DNA of 64,000 nt, from assembly GCA_000002445.1 (NCBI GenBank), contig CH464491.1, positions 4,160,001-4,224,000 of the forward strand. The letters are read 5' to 3'. Each line of letters begins with the position of its first letter. The stretch's first letter is position 1. The notes under the pieces were generated by a model, which did no database searches, was not told the DNA's origin, and worked only from the letters and a program-made list of their open reading frames with translations. This DNA is from Trypanosoma brucei. Its lineage: Eukaryota. Positions 1 to 12,082 of this stretch are shown one piece after another. A program made the position numbers and the translations under genes.

Positions 1-1084
1 TGCTTCATTTTCCTTTTTTTTTCTACCATTTGTGTTGTCGCAAAGACAGTTGAACACAATGAACGACGACAACATGAACAACAATAAAAAAAAAGTGCAG
101 ACGAGTGGGCGCAGAGCCGCAGCACTCTTGCAAAAGAGTCAATAAACTCACAATGAAGGTTGGTGAGAAATAAGAGGTGTTAAGAAAAGCGTAAACTTCA
201 CACTTTTAATCTTCCAACTCTTTTTTCTTCCCTCCAGTGAGCAAAGACACATATAAATACATATATATAAATACATATAAATATATATTCCCAGCCACTG
301 TTAAGAACAAACAATTAAGAAAGCGCTTACCGAAACGGAAACAAACAAACAAAAAAGCAAAGCAGAAAAGAACAGAACAAAAAAAAACAAAAACAAACAT
401 CATTATTATTTCTAACATTAGTTTTGGGTACGGTGCGTAATGAAATACGCACCACATACACACGCACATACAAAAATATGTATATAAATGTATATAAATA
501 TGTGACCTAATACAACATTTATTATGAGAAAGTGCATGCATTCACCAACTCAAGCATTCCTTACAGTACGTCCCTCTTGCGTGGGCATAAATAAAACAAC
601 AACATAAGTGAAAAAAACGTGAAACAAAAAAAATGTTCAGGAACAACAAAAGAAAAAAAAGAATCAGAAACCCATGGAGAGGAGCGGAGGAGGAAGAGGA
701 AAGAAAGCTATTCGACTAATATGTAAGCGGCACATACTTCGACGCATATTTACATACACACAAGAACTCATATAAATATATTTGCACGAGTTCGCCAATC
801 TCTATAACAGCAAAAGAAAAAAAACGAAAACCGGTAAGGGAATAGTAAGAATATAACCGCGTGATTCTTATTTTTCCCCTGCCTCAGCTACACACACGCG
901 CACACATACACACACACATACATATACATACATACACGGCAAGAATTACTATGAATGCATCATGCAACTGTTTGTGGAGCGGAGTGAAGCGAAGAGAGGG
1001 GGGGAAAAAAACAAAACAAGAAAACTGACAACAACACGTGGTGGCGATGGAAAAGCAGAATAGAAAAGTGCGCACTCGAAAAAA

Positions 1085-1131
1085 AATAATAATAATAACA
1101 ACAACAACAATAATAATAATAATAATAATAA
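1085..1131. repeat. (ATA)n/(ACA)n trinucleotide repeat
   Basis: ataataataacaacaacaacaataataataataataataata. Flanked by other low-complexity A/T/C tracts across 230-1140. Confidence 0.9.
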
Positions 1132-1299
1132 AACGAATAAAAAACGGAAACTACAGCGTCGAACAAAAACAACAACGGCGGAGCAACGGGAAGGATGTAA
1201 TCATTCTCAGGGGTCAACTCACAAAGCAGTTTCGAAAGATACGGGTAGGAAAAATTTTTTTAAAAGGAGAATGTGAAAGAAAAAGAAGAAGAAGCATAA

Positions 1300-3240
1300 G
1301 TGCCGTTGAAGGTTGGTACACAAGGAAACCCATGTCACTTATGGCGTCGTAACTGTTTGCGCACTCAGCACTGAGTTTCCGGCGCCCTCACACGAACAAC
1401 TTCCACCTTGTTGGCGATAAGCGCCAAAATGTTTTCCGACACGACGGAGACTGTACCGAAGACGAGACCCACGACGCCAGCACATAAAAGAAAGTAGGTT
1501 CCAAAAAAGTGGAAGTTGCCCACATTCCGTCGAGTCCATTTGCCAGAATACATGTAGAATAGCGATGGGAATATGAAACTGAGGAACCCGCCACAAATAG
1601 CACCCACAATACCAAACACAGTGTTAATGTTAGGAATGAAGAGGCCAGCCAGCAACACAACGAGGGAAAGGGGAATCACGAAGGAAAAGTGCTTCCAATA
1701 AGGCAGCGTCTCTAATTCCCAGCCCAGAACATGATATATTGTGTTCCGCAACGCCATTGTTTGAAGGGCGTAAGCAACACAAAGTTTGACCACCATGCCA
1801 ATGAAACCTATCATCATCATCACCTCCGTGATGGGATTGTACATGAGAAGAATTGAGTTGTCGATAGCACCACCAAACTCACCATACGCAAACAAAATAG
1901 TGAGTGCGTACAGAATACCGCAAAACGCCATGGATATGGCAGCGTACACTGTGAACCTGGCACAGCTGCGCTTCTTCATCTCCCAGTAAACTTCATAGCA
2001 ATTGATCTGGCAAACATATGCAAACATAAAAACACCAACGGACGCAATAGCAGAGTTTCCAGTGTTGAACAACTTCACGCCATCTTCTTCATCACTCGTT
2101 AACTTCGGGAGTCCGCTTTGAGCTCCATGAATCACAATTGCGAAGACGAAGTACAGGACAAAAATAATTGCGAAACCGGAAACATAGCGGAGCGAGTTAA
2201 CCCTCTTCGGTAAAACGAGTGGCAACATGAAAACCATCCATGTGAGTGCAGTCAGGAGACGAATCCCACCCGGAGTCCTCAGGAACTCGGGAGCACCGCA
2301 CGATTTCTCTATGATGGGATTCAACACATGGCCGACGCTAATCACATAGGAAACCGTCGCACCGAACGAGTTGATCCATCGAATAACAACAACAAAATAC
2401 TCAAACCTTCGCCCCATAACCCCTCTTGCGGTGTGCTCAAACGTGCGAAGACCGGTCTTCTCCATCACAAGTGACAGGATATGCAGGGAAAAAACACCCA
2501 ACCCACCAATAACCACCAAATACAACATTGCCATCACAAGCCCACTGCGGTTTGCCGCGGCAGGAAGTCCAAGGATACCGGCACCAATGCACACTGAACA
2601 AAGGTTAAAAACACTTGACACTAATCCACCATATGGAACAACAGTACCTGCAATATGCTTCATCTTTGCACTAAATGATTGCCACACGGATGGCGGTGCA
2701 TCGCCACGAGCGTCAACCCTCTTGTTCTTATCATCCGTGTGAATAGGTTCACTCGCATCAACTATTCCTGAAGGTTCCGCAGGAAAAGTCTGTTGGGTTA
2801 CGGGTGAAGTGGTGTTCTCGACATCAGTGGCACACTTGCCTTTGTCAGACATACCTTAATGTGCGCGATGGCAACGTCAATAAATGGGTAACTTATTGGA
2901 TATCGCCTGTCTTATACCAATCGTTGTACAACTCACGAAAGAAAGCACCCTTGTGTTATTATGTTACTCGCACTTCTCGTTTCGCTAGTAAGTTACTACC
3001 TTCAAGTAGATTATTAGCCTTTACTGTCGGTGTGCAGGAGTAAACAGAAGAAACAACAAAGTGAAGACAATGAAGGGAAATGATAGATCAGTACGTGCTC
3101 AAACATAGACGAGATAAGTCGGTATATTGAAGGGAGAAATAGGAAAGATAATGAAACAAGATACCTACACTTTACGTAATAGAGACATATTTGGAAAAGG
3201 GTATTTTGCTTCCCACAGTTGATAGAAAAAATATATATAT
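1300..3240. repeat. Tandem duplication unit 1 (AAT gene plus conserved 5' and 3' flanks)
   Basis: 1308-1364 aligns to 3899-3954. 2853-3240 aligns almost base-for-base to 5440-5825, which explains the duplicated spurious +strand ORFs 2804..3043 and 5391..5630. Period about 2590 bp. Confidence 0.9.
1365..2852 (-). CDS. Amino acid transporter, AAT/Aa_trans family, 10-11 TM (tandem copy A)
   Basis: 495-aa ORF. Polytopic membrane protein with a hydrophilic N-terminus (MSDKGKCATDVENTT...). Near-identical paralogue 2.6 kb upstream. Architecture typical of trypanosomatid AAT genes. Confidence 0.85.
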   Translation of the reverse strand: MSDKGKCATDVENTTSPVTQQTFPAEPSGIVDASEPIHTDDKNKRVDARGDAPPSVWQSFSAKMKHIAGTVVPYGGLVSSVFNLCSVCIGAGILGLPAAANRSGLVMAMLYLVVIGGLGVFSLHILSLVMEKTGLRTFEHTARGVMGRRFEYFVVVIRWINSFGATVSYVISVGHVLNPIIEKSCGAPEFLRTPGGIRLLTALTWMVFMLPLVLPKRVNSLRYVSGFAIIFVLYFVFAIVIHGAQSGLPKLTSDEEDGVKLFNTGNSAIASVGVFMFAYVCQINCYEVYWEMKKRSCARFTVYAAISMAFCGILYALTILFAYGEFGGAIDNSILLMYNPITEVMMMIGFIGMVVKLCVAYALQTMALRNTIYHVLGWELETLPYWKHFSFVIPLSLVVLLAGLFIPNINTVFGIVGAICGGFLSFIFPSLFYMYSGKWTRRNVGNFHFFGTYFLLCAGVVGLVFGTVSVVSENILALIANKVEVVRVRAPETQC

Positions 3241-3889
3241 TTAAAAAAATCTACCAGAAACACAAACATTGTCACTAACCGCAGTGCGAAGAGCACACAA
3301 ACTATTTGTCAAGGGTTGAATGCGCACAACAAAAACAAAAAAGGGGTTGCACGCATAGAACGTCGAAAAGAAAAATAAAATAAAAGACAAATATTCACTT
3401 TTTAAAAACGCGGAGCGCAGGCTCCTTTTTACCGGTGAAACAAAAATATCTGAATTTTGCTGTGCATCAATCCATTCAAACGTGTGGTATTGCGCCATCG
3501 GTAAAAAAAAAAAATACAAACGAAACCGGACCGATTGGTAAAGCATGGTCAAGAGGGGGCATCGTGGTGGCAACTTGCATCAATAGTACAAAATAAAAAT
3601 AAAAATAATTTGACGTTTTCGTTTTGGCTCCACTAACCTATTGGAAACGAAACACAAATACAAAGAACCTTAAAATTCAATACACTGGTAGCAGTAGGTG
3701 TAACAAGGCCAGTGGTTACGTTTTTTTCTTTCTTTTGCATATATGTATAACTTTTCGTTTGGTTGTATTAGATAATATAAAATATTTAATAAGAAAGGAA
3801 GGTTAAGGTACCTTACGGCTGCGTAATTCACTTTACGGAGTTAACACGTCTTGTTTAAGGTTAAACAGGGAAGAGAAAAGAAATTTTAC

Positions 3890-5825
3890 CCAACGTCAAA
3901 GGTTGGTACACATAGAAATCGACGCCATAAGTGACGTCGCGACTGTTTGAGCACTCAGCAGACAGGCGGGGGCTTAATAACAGCAGCGCCACCACCACCG
4001 TGAATGAACGACATGATGGTGTTTGTTACAACAGTGACTGTGCCGAACACGAGACCCACTACACCAAGAATGAACAGTGCGTAGGTTCCAAAAAAGTGGA
4101 AGTTGCCCACATTCCGTCGAGTCCATTTGCCAGAATACATGTAGAATAGCGATGGGAATATAGCGCTCAGGAACCCGCCACAAATAGCACCCACAATACC
4201 AAACACAGTGTTAATGTTAGGAATGAAGAGGCCAGCCAGCAACACGGTGAGGGAAAGGGGAATCACGAAGGAAAAGTGCTTCCAATAAGGCAGCGTCTCT
4301 AATTCCCAGCCCAGAACATGATATATTGAATTGCGAATCGCCATTGTTTGAAGGGCGTAACTAATACATATCTTAACGACCACACCTATAGAGCCTATCA
4401 GCATCATGACCTCCGTGATGGGATTGTACATGAGAAGAATTGAGTTGGTCACAGTGCCGCCAAACTCACCATAGCCGAAAAAGGCAACAAAGCCGTAAAA
4501 AGTGCCGCAAAAAGCCATGGATATGGCAGCGTACAATGTGAACCTGGCACAGCTGCGCTTCTTCATCTCCCAGTAAACTTCATAAATATTGATCTGGCAA
4601 ACATATGCAAACATAAATACACCAACGGACGCAATAGCAGAGTTCCCACTGTTGAACAACTTCACGCCATCTTCTTCATCACTCGTTAACTTCGGGAGTC
4701 CGCTTTGAGCTCCATGAATCACAATTGTAAGTGCAAAATACAGGACAAAAATAATTGCGAAACCGGAAACATAGCGGAGCGAGTTAACCCTCTTCGGTAA
4801 AATGAGTGGTAACATGAAAACCATCCATGTGAGTGCAGTCAGGAGACGAATCCCACCCGGAGTCCTCAGGAACTCGGGAGCACCGCATGAGTTCTCTATG
4901 ATGGGTCTTAAAACATGACCGATAGTAATAATATAGGAGGTACTTGTACCGAACGAGTTCAGCAAACGAATTGCAATGACGAAGTATACAAATCGTCCAC
5001 CCATAACCCCTCTTGCGGTGTGCTCAAACGTGCGAAGACCGGTCTTCTCCATCACAAGTGACAGGATATGCAGGGAAAAAACTGTCATTAATGCCATGAT
5101 GATCAAATACAACATTGCCATCACAAGCCCACTGCGGTTTGCCGCGGCAGGAAGTCCAAGAAAACCGGCACCAATGCACACTGAACAAAGATTAAAAACA
5201 CTTGACGCTAATCCACCATATGGAACAACAGTACCTGCAATGTGCTTCATCTTTGCACTAAATGATTGCCACACGGATGGCGGTGCATCGCCACGAGCGT
5301 CAACCCTCTTGTTCTTATCATCCGCATAAACAGGTTCACTGACTTTGCTTACTCCTGAAGGTTCCGCAGGAAAAGTCTGTTGGGTTACGGGTGAAGTGGT
5401 GTTCTCGACATCAGTGGCACACTTGCCTTTGTCAGACATACCTTAATGTGCGCGATGGCAACGTCAATAAATGGGTAACTTATTGGATATCGCCTGTCTT
5501 ATACCAATCGTTGTACAACTCACGAAAGAAAGCACCCTTGTGTTATTATGTTACTCGCACTTCTCGTTTCGCTAGTAAGTTACTACCTTCAAGTAGATTA
5601 TTAGCCTTTACTGTCGGTGTGCAGGAGTAAACGGAAGAAACAACAAAGTGAAGACAATGAAGGGAAATGATAGATCAGTACGTGCTCAAACATAGACGAG
5701 ATAAGTCGGTATATTGAAGGGAGAAATAGGAAAGATAATGAAACAAGATACCTACACTTTACGTAATAGAGACATATTTGGAAAAGGGTATTTTGCTTCC
5801 CACAGTTGATAGAAAAAATATATAT
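3890..5825. repeat. Tandem duplication unit 2 (AAT gene plus flanks)
   Basis: Same alignment as unit 1. A unique spacer at 3241-3889 separates the two units. Confidence 0.9.
3955..5439 (-). CDS. Amino acid transporter, AAT/Aa_trans family (tandem copy B)
   Basis: 494-aa ORF. N-terminal 29 aa identical to copy A, with blocks of perfect identity interspersed with diverged blocks. 5' flank (5440-5825) about 99% identical to 2853-3240. Confidence 0.85.
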   Translation of the reverse strand: MSDKGKCATDVENTTSPVTQQTFPAEPSGVSKVSEPVYADDKNKRVDARGDAPPSVWQSFSAKMKHIAGTVVPYGGLASSVFNLCSVCIGAGFLGLPAAANRSGLVMAMLYLIIMALMTVFSLHILSLVMEKTGLRTFEHTARGVMGGRFVYFVIAIRLLNSFGTSTSYIITIGHVLRPIIENSCGAPEFLRTPGGIRLLTALTWMVFMLPLILPKRVNSLRYVSGFAIIFVLYFALTIVIHGAQSGLPKLTSDEEDGVKLFNSGNSAIASVGVFMFAYVCQINIYEVYWEMKKRSCARFTLYAAISMAFCGTFYGFVAFFGYGEFGGTVTNSILLMYNPITEVMMLIGSIGVVVKICISYALQTMAIRNSIYHVLGWELETLPYWKHFSFVIPLSLTVLLAGLFIPNINTVFGIVGAICGGFLSAIFPSLFYMYSGKWTRRNVGNFHFFGTYALFILGVVGLVFGTVTVVTNTIMSFIHGGGGAAVIKPPPVC

Positions 5826-7155
5826 GCGTTGTAAGAACGATATCAATGATCAGAAACTTTGTAAATTTATAACGAAAATCCTATTTTCCCGAAGAAAAAA
5901 GAATTCCCCCCTTTTTACTATGGAGCGCCCTTCTTTCACAGACGGACTTACCACCTCCATGGAGCACAAGCTGGGCTTATGGCTGAAGGACCAGGCGGGT
6001 GAGCAGACAAACAAACTCCGCGGTTGAAGGGTACGACGGACCCATCACTGAAGTCAAACACGCACCGTAGTGGAAAATAAAATAACGACGCCTTTGTTGT
6101 ACTCACTCCACCGTTTTGCTGTTGAGGGTTTCGAATGTATTGGAAACCTCCATTGGTATGGGTAAAGTTAACCAACACGCCAGAGGGCTGTGCATTCATG
6201 CATCCGCCGAAGCATTAAATCACGTCTTCCTTGCAGTCCCACCCAAACAATACTGGTGGTTCTTTTTTCCCCCGAATGCTTCAACTTGGGAAACGGTGCG
6301 ACTACGACCCGGGTAGTTGATTAAAAGCATTTCTTCCTTACCATCTTTCCTGGCGCTGAAAGGGACGGTGATGGGCTTTTAACATGGCCACTCATGCCAA
6401 ACCACACGCTGCCTTTGCTATCCCACCTTCTATCACGCACTTCATCAACGTTACGGGTAGCTAATATGTGAAATGTGAAGAAGGAGATCAGCAGCGGTCC
6501 TTTAAAAAAACGGGTAAAACACAGTCACAGCATAAGATGAAAATAATAATATCAATAACAATGATAATAACAATGGCGCTGACCTTCACAGAGGATGCCA
6601 ATACGCATAGCAGCCGTGTGCAAGCAAGGGTGGAAAGGGAATGGAAGGGAAAAAAAACCGTACAAAAAGGTTTCAGAAGGCAAAGGAGTCGAGCGGCGAA
6701 CGGTTGCGTTAACAACGTGCAGCGGGCGCCGATGCACAAATGTGGATTGGGAAGTCAAACAGAAAAAAACACAAAAACGCTTCCGTCGCGGTGACGTTCG
6801 AACACTGCTGTCTGCTCCTCCCTTCCACATATTTGTAGCATTCTTTCGGATTGCTCCTCTTGCATATTCTTCGTCGTGCACAGCTTTTCTTAACAATTTA
6901 GCCTCCACACATAGTAGTGCACAGCGGTGTTTCCCTCAATACTAATAACAGATGTTGCAACGAGAGTTTTAAGAAAAACAAGGCGCCACAACAGACAGGG
7001 AACAGTGCAAGAATACCTTATCATATCTTGCCGCATGAACACTCAAACACTTATGTCGACAAGCAACTGAAGGTTGAGGGTGATACCCCAAGTTGATTGT
7101 GCCTCTCCGGTAACCACAAAGCTAACCTACACAAATATCTGCCATTTATCAACCA

Positions 7156-10100
7156 TCACACAAGATTCATGAGCGGCAGGGCAAATGTCGCCCTTGTGGG
7201 AGGTGGGAGGTGACGAGTACCTCCCCTCAGCATGTAGTACTGAATTCTTTTTTCTACAGCCACATGCATTCCGGTGAGATTCACCGCAAAGGCAGCAACC
7301 AGGTCATCCAGCATGCTATACGTGTCGTGAAGCAGCCGAAGTATCGGCTGAACCTCAAGGACACGTAGACCTTTGTATATAGTAGCCGCGATTTGTGGGT
7401 ATAAGCTCAGCAGCATGGGTCGTACATGCTGGGCGTAATGTGGAATAGCATAGGGCTGCACACCACCGCGGTCGCCACAGAGTACGCGGTGCTCACGCTC
7501 GAGGCGCTGCAGGCACTGAAGTGCCAACTCAGCATACCGTTGGTGATAAGGCTCACGAGATTTAAATGTCTCCAACTCCTCCGTGTAGGGTAACATAGAT
7601 GCATCAAGCAGGGATGAATCGCTGTGTCCACTTGATCCAACAAAGTTTTCCAGTGAGGCGTCTCGCGTACCACTCCCCGAATGAGACAGTCCCGCTGCGT
7701 CCACAGTTTGACCCACAGCATCTGCGGGCGCTAGCTGCTCAGAAGATAAAACATGCTGTTGCCTCTGCTGATTGTATATATCAAGCATACGGGCGAGTCC
7801 AGGTGAAGAAAACTCCATTTCAGCCTGTCGGGGTGTCCGTTGGAACCTATCCAGCTCCCACTTACTTCTAGCCACACGCGTGTACATCTCACACATAACA
7901 TCCTCGGGAAACGGTACTGCGACACATTCGTTGCCATTCCTAACAAAATCCTTCATCGTCATCCGGGAAGATCTCACGTTCGCATTGTGAAGGCTTGTAT
8001 GAAGAAACAGAAGCACTCCAGCCATAGCGTTAGCATCATCAGGCGAAATACTGCGGGGGTTTTGTGCCGCGTATACTTCACCAAAGCGCTGTTGGATTAC
8101 TACCCACACTTGCGCCTCGAAAGTGGGACGATCCCAAGACATAAACTCGCACGTAGTGTCCCTCAGCGCAATGTCGATAGGCACATTTCTATATGAAAAA
8201 TGTTGCAAGTATTCCCTTAGAATGCGGTCGCAGTCCTTGTCCTTTAGCACGCGCTCGAATATTCCACATAAAGCTCCCCGCTCAACACCCTCGTACGTTT
8301 TGAGAAACAGTGCAAAGGCACTCCAGCCTTCTTCACCCTCTGCCGGAATATAATCTCGCTCCTTCAAGAAGCTCATCGCCTGCCGCCACTGACCCTTGTT
8401 GATTAGGCCTACAGCTAGCTGTGCTGTGCGCTTGCTATGCAGCAGGTAATGTATGTGCTTCCAGTGGTAACCAACACTCCAGCGTCTTTCAACTCCCTGC
8501 TGTTCGAAGAGGGATTCATCAGTCACTATGGGGGAAACGGGCATATTGTTGCCTGTCACCCTTTCCGAGACCCGATGTCCATCCTTCACGTCCCTCTCCG
8601 AGTAGTTGCGGTACACATCATACCAACGGTTATCTGATACCGTGTCACCGGGAAGCCTGGAAAGCACCTGTCCCACAACCTCACGTGTTTGCTGGTGGGA
8701 ATAGTCATCAGGATCTTCCGCGATCCAGCGCTGCAACGAGTGAACTAAATTGTGTATGGCACTCGCACAACCACTGCGCAGGAGTTGTTGTTGGTCGTCA
8801 GAAAGCCAGTCCGGTTCAATAAGATGCGTGAAGGTCATCTCGGCCACGAAATTTACCATGAGCTCCAGCATCCCACCGTACTTACCACCGGCGTCAAATG
8901 TTGGATTACAGTCATAGTTGATGAAAAGCGAAACACACAGATGAGGAACACTGAGAAGCTCCCGCACCATGTCCACAACTGCGTGTTTTTGAGAAAAACT
9001 TGAGTAACGCGACAAAGCTAACGGAAACAGCATTACAGCAAGAACTGTGTGCAGCTCTCGAGCAAGGTGATAATGACATTTTTGGAGTAGCAATGAGATT
9101 ATACGCACCGCAGAGGCGAAGAAAGAAGCTGGGGCCACTGCGGTCAGATTCCGTGCAAGACACCTTGTAAGGTCGTACTTTGTTGCCGTAATCACTAGAG
9201 ACAACCATGTCGCGCAGTGGTGCTCTGCACAACAGTTTGCCATTGGGAGAGCCTGAAATACCGCCTCAAGCATATCAAGTGCAAGCTGCCGCGCTCGTGC
9301 TTCGGGACCTCCCTCACCAGTTGAACCTGATCCGCTTACTGTGCGAGCCCCAAGACTACAGGTATGCTTTATCAGTAACAGTAAATCCTTCATTGCGTCA
9401 GGGAACCGGCCCATTTTCATAGAAGATAAGGCGCTTCCAATTATCTGCCCATTCAAAGTGCTTCGAAAGTAGTCAAAGGAGGAAAACGTGGTCTCAGCGA
9501 ATAACTCACACTCTGAATTATGGCTCAGTGACTGCGCTGCCCTTTCGTCCCCTGTCGTTTCACCCAATGAAGCTTCGACAAAGGGATCCGTGTTGTTCTC
9601 CACACTGATGGGGAGGTGCTTCGAATCGGGCTCCACATCATGAACGTAGTCGTCCAACGGCGTTAGAGACGTAAAGGTGCATGAACGAGAATCTGTAGGT
9701 GCAGATTCCAGGAAAGTTCGAGTCACGCGAAGAACACATAACGGTAGCAGGTCGCGGCTAATCCCCCGAGCCCCTTCACTCGCGCCCAACAGGGCGACGC
9801 GACAACACGTTTGGATGCACCGGGTAACACACTTACCGGTGAACGAAGGGAAACTGTCATCACTCACGAGATCATGCAAAATCTCTACGCTGGTCAGCTG
9901 TAATCCCGCGTCTGTGATGCGTGCAAGCACATCCCCCAACGCCTCGAACATCGCGGCCCCGCACGAAAGTACGCTGCTGCTACCATTGGCCCGATATAGC
10001 ACGATGGATGTCGTATACTGAATGCAATTATTGTGGATCATCCGTTGTAATAGTGGGAGTGCAGCCTCCGTTACGCGCGTCTTCTTGATATAGAGGGCAC

Positions 10101-10296
10101 CCAAAACGGAAGACATAACCGAATCGGTCACAAATCGTATTCGCTCGCTTTTCCAAGCACCACCGCGCCACCTGCCGACAGATGACTGGGCTTGCTTAAG
10201 CGCCTGCTTAAACTCAGGATCAATAACAAAACTCCCACCATCACCACGGGAAACCAGTGCCAACAGCGAATCAAGTGACCGCAGGAGAGCCTCCAT
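7156..10296 (-). CDS. Large conserved hypothetical protein, alpha-helical. Possible DCB/HUS-type (MON2/BIG-like) scaffold.
   Basis: 1046-aa uninterrupted ORF. Contains LFINYDCNPTF, which resembles the HUS-box N-Y-D-C-D/N of Sec7-GEF/MON2 N-terminal regions. No clean Sec7 FRLPGE motif (only RLPGD). Confidence 0.7.
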   Translation of the reverse strand: MEALLRSLDSLLALVSRGDGGSFVIDPEFKQALKQAQSSVGRWRGGAWKSERIRFVTDSVMSSVLGALYIKKTRVTEAALPLLQRMIHNNCIQYTTSIVLYRANGSSSVLSCGAAMFEALGDVLARITDAGLQLTSVEILHDLVSDDSFPSFTGKCVTRCIQTCCRVALLGASEGARGISRDLLPLCVLRVTRTFLESAPTDSRSCTFTSLTPLDDYVHDVEPDSKHLPISVENNTDPFVEASLGETTGDERAAQSLSHNSECELFAETTFSSFDYFRSTLNGQIIGSALSSMKMGRFPDAMKDLLLLIKHTCSLGARTVSGSGSTGEGGPEARARQLALDMLEAVFQALPMANCCAEHHCATWLSLVITATKYDLTRCLARNLTAVAPASFFASAVRIISLLLQKCHYHLARELHTVLAVMLFPLALSRYSSFSQKHAVVDMVRELLSVPHLCVSLFINYDCNPTFDAGGKYGGMLELMVNFVAEMTFTHLIEPDWLSDDQQQLLRSGCASAIHNLVHSLQRWIAEDPDDYSHQQTREVVGQVLSRLPGDTVSDNRWYDVYRNYSERDVKDGHRVSERVTGNNMPVSPIVTDESLFEQQGVERRWSVGYHWKHIHYLLHSKRTAQLAVGLINKGQWRQAMSFLKERDYIPAEGEEGWSAFALFLKTYEGVERGALCGIFERVLKDKDCDRILREYLQHFSYRNVPIDIALRDTTCEFMSWDRPTFEAQVWVVIQQRFGEVYAAQNPRSISPDDANAMAGVLLFLHTSLHNANVRSSRMTMKDFVRNGNECVAVPFPEDVMCEMYTRVARSKWELDRFQRTPRQAEMEFSSPGLARMLDIYNQQRQQHVLSSEQLAPADAVGQTVDAAGLSHSGSGTRDASLENFVGSSGHSDSSLLDASMLPYTEELETFKSREPYHQRYAELALQCLQRLEREHRVLCGDRGGVQPYAIPHYAQHVRPMLLSLYPQIAATIYKGLRVLEVQPILRLLHDTYSMLDDLVAAFAVNLTGMHVAVEKRIQYYMLRGGTRHLPPPTRATFALPLMNLV

Positions 10297-12082
10297 TGTA
10301 GATCAGTACACCGGCACTGAGAGACCGTACACAATGTCGCCCAAGCACTTACTCTAACGTTCCCACGATTCCCCCACCCACTAAACTTGCACTGTACAAC
10401 AGAAAGGAAAAAAACGAAATAGGAAAAGAAAAAATGGAGAGAAATATAAAGAGGGGAAAATATAGACTACGGTTGAGGCGAAAACGAAAAAGTGGAAAAG
10501 GATCGGAGAGAACGGTCGTTGAGGACGTGGTGATATCCACCCATGCGAGAAACGTTACCAGAATAACGGACCACTTCCACTGGAGCCGCCCGCCGTGACG
10601 TCTGTCATTATAGTCGCAACTTCGTCCCACAGCACCGCTTCATCTTAATCATTTCTGACGCCGTAACAACTACAACCACACACAACTTGAGCAGCCACGA
10701 CGATAATTACGAAAAAAAAAAAAAGAACCCGCTCCTCTACTATCTACACACATATATGCATAAGGGTCGATGGAAAGGAATTTTTCTAAAGTATTAGATG
10801 TTCTCCCACCCCCTCCGTTTCTTTGCATGACGCCACCGGGTAAACCAAAGGCAAGCGAGTCAAGCCGCAGTAAGTCGAGCAAAGCCAATGCCACAGCAGC
10901 CTTCACCCTGGCCATACAAATGTGGCACTCCAAAAAGGGGAACACACACAGAGAGAAAAGGGGCAATAAATGAACAGCTAAGCATCCCAAAATGTCTCTA
11001 CGACCACAGCACGAATAACGAAGCGCGAAACACCAAACTATGGCACTGATCAAATTGACAAGTTACAAAAAAAAAGAGTGGAAGAGGGAGAAATAGTGCG
11101 GAATAAAAGCAGGAAATGGAACATGTAAAGGGAGAACTCAACAAACACATATTCAGCGGAGTCATACCAAAGATTTCCCGACCCCACGTATGCACACTAA
11201 CTGGAATGAAGCGTAGGGGTGCGCGAAAATAAGTAACAACATTAGAATAAAAATTAAGGCGTAAGCAACTTTTGCACACCATACACCTCGGACCCAACAT
11301 TCCCCCTCCTCCACACACACCTCTTCCCCTCCAGTTATACTCTTTTTTCTTCTTTCCTTTCGTTACTTTTCCAACTACATATATTTGGACGGGCTCTCGT
11401 GACGCACAACAGATTCAAATGGGAAAGAACCGGAAGCTTGGAATCCAAGAACCCCAAGCGGGACTAGCGAAAGTACCTGCACAAACTGTACCCGCAGGCG
11501 GAGCAGCCGATAAGGAATGGAAGAAAGGAAAGTGAAGGAAACAAAGCATAGAAAGGCTCTCGTACAGAGCACCAAAGCGCAAAACAACAAAGTGACTCAA
11601 GGTAGAGAGAGGTAGTAAAATTAATAAAACAATAAAATCGGCCATCCCCCCTCTAGCGTGTTGAGAAGGCACACACCAAAAACACACAACCGACGGGGCT
11701 TCCGCTGATGAAATGTTTAAACCCCACACACACTCCCTTTCGCGCCAGCGCGTGTAAAGACAACGTTGTGGCAAAGGAGTGGTAACAAGTAAATACTGGA
11801 AATATTGGAAAAAAAAAAAGGTCGAAAACCAAAAAGACAAGAAAGCAAACAATCATTTGCGGCATACCATAAACTCTCCTTAGGTACATAAGGGCCCTCT
11901 TTCCTCCCTCCCCCTCCTTTGTCTACCAACAGGCAAATTCTGCACAACCCATCATTGCCGTTTACATGTGATGCAGATTAGACGACACGGAAGGGAAGGG
12001 GAATATATGATACATACCCTATCGTGCTCTCACTTCTACTGTATACGTTTATGACTACTAATATAAGAATTAGAAACATGGT

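Noticed and set aside
140-180. aaggttggtga motif at window start resembling the conserved 3' flank of the AAT copies (1308, 3899)
   Set aside because: Only about 10 nt match. Insufficient to claim a third AAT copy downstream-flank, although an extended array upstream of the window is plausible.
2804-3043. Identical 79-aa plus-strand ORFs at 2804..3043 and 5391..5630
   Set aside because: Artefact of the duplicated AAT 5' flank and N-terminus read on the opposite strand, not an independent conserved gene.
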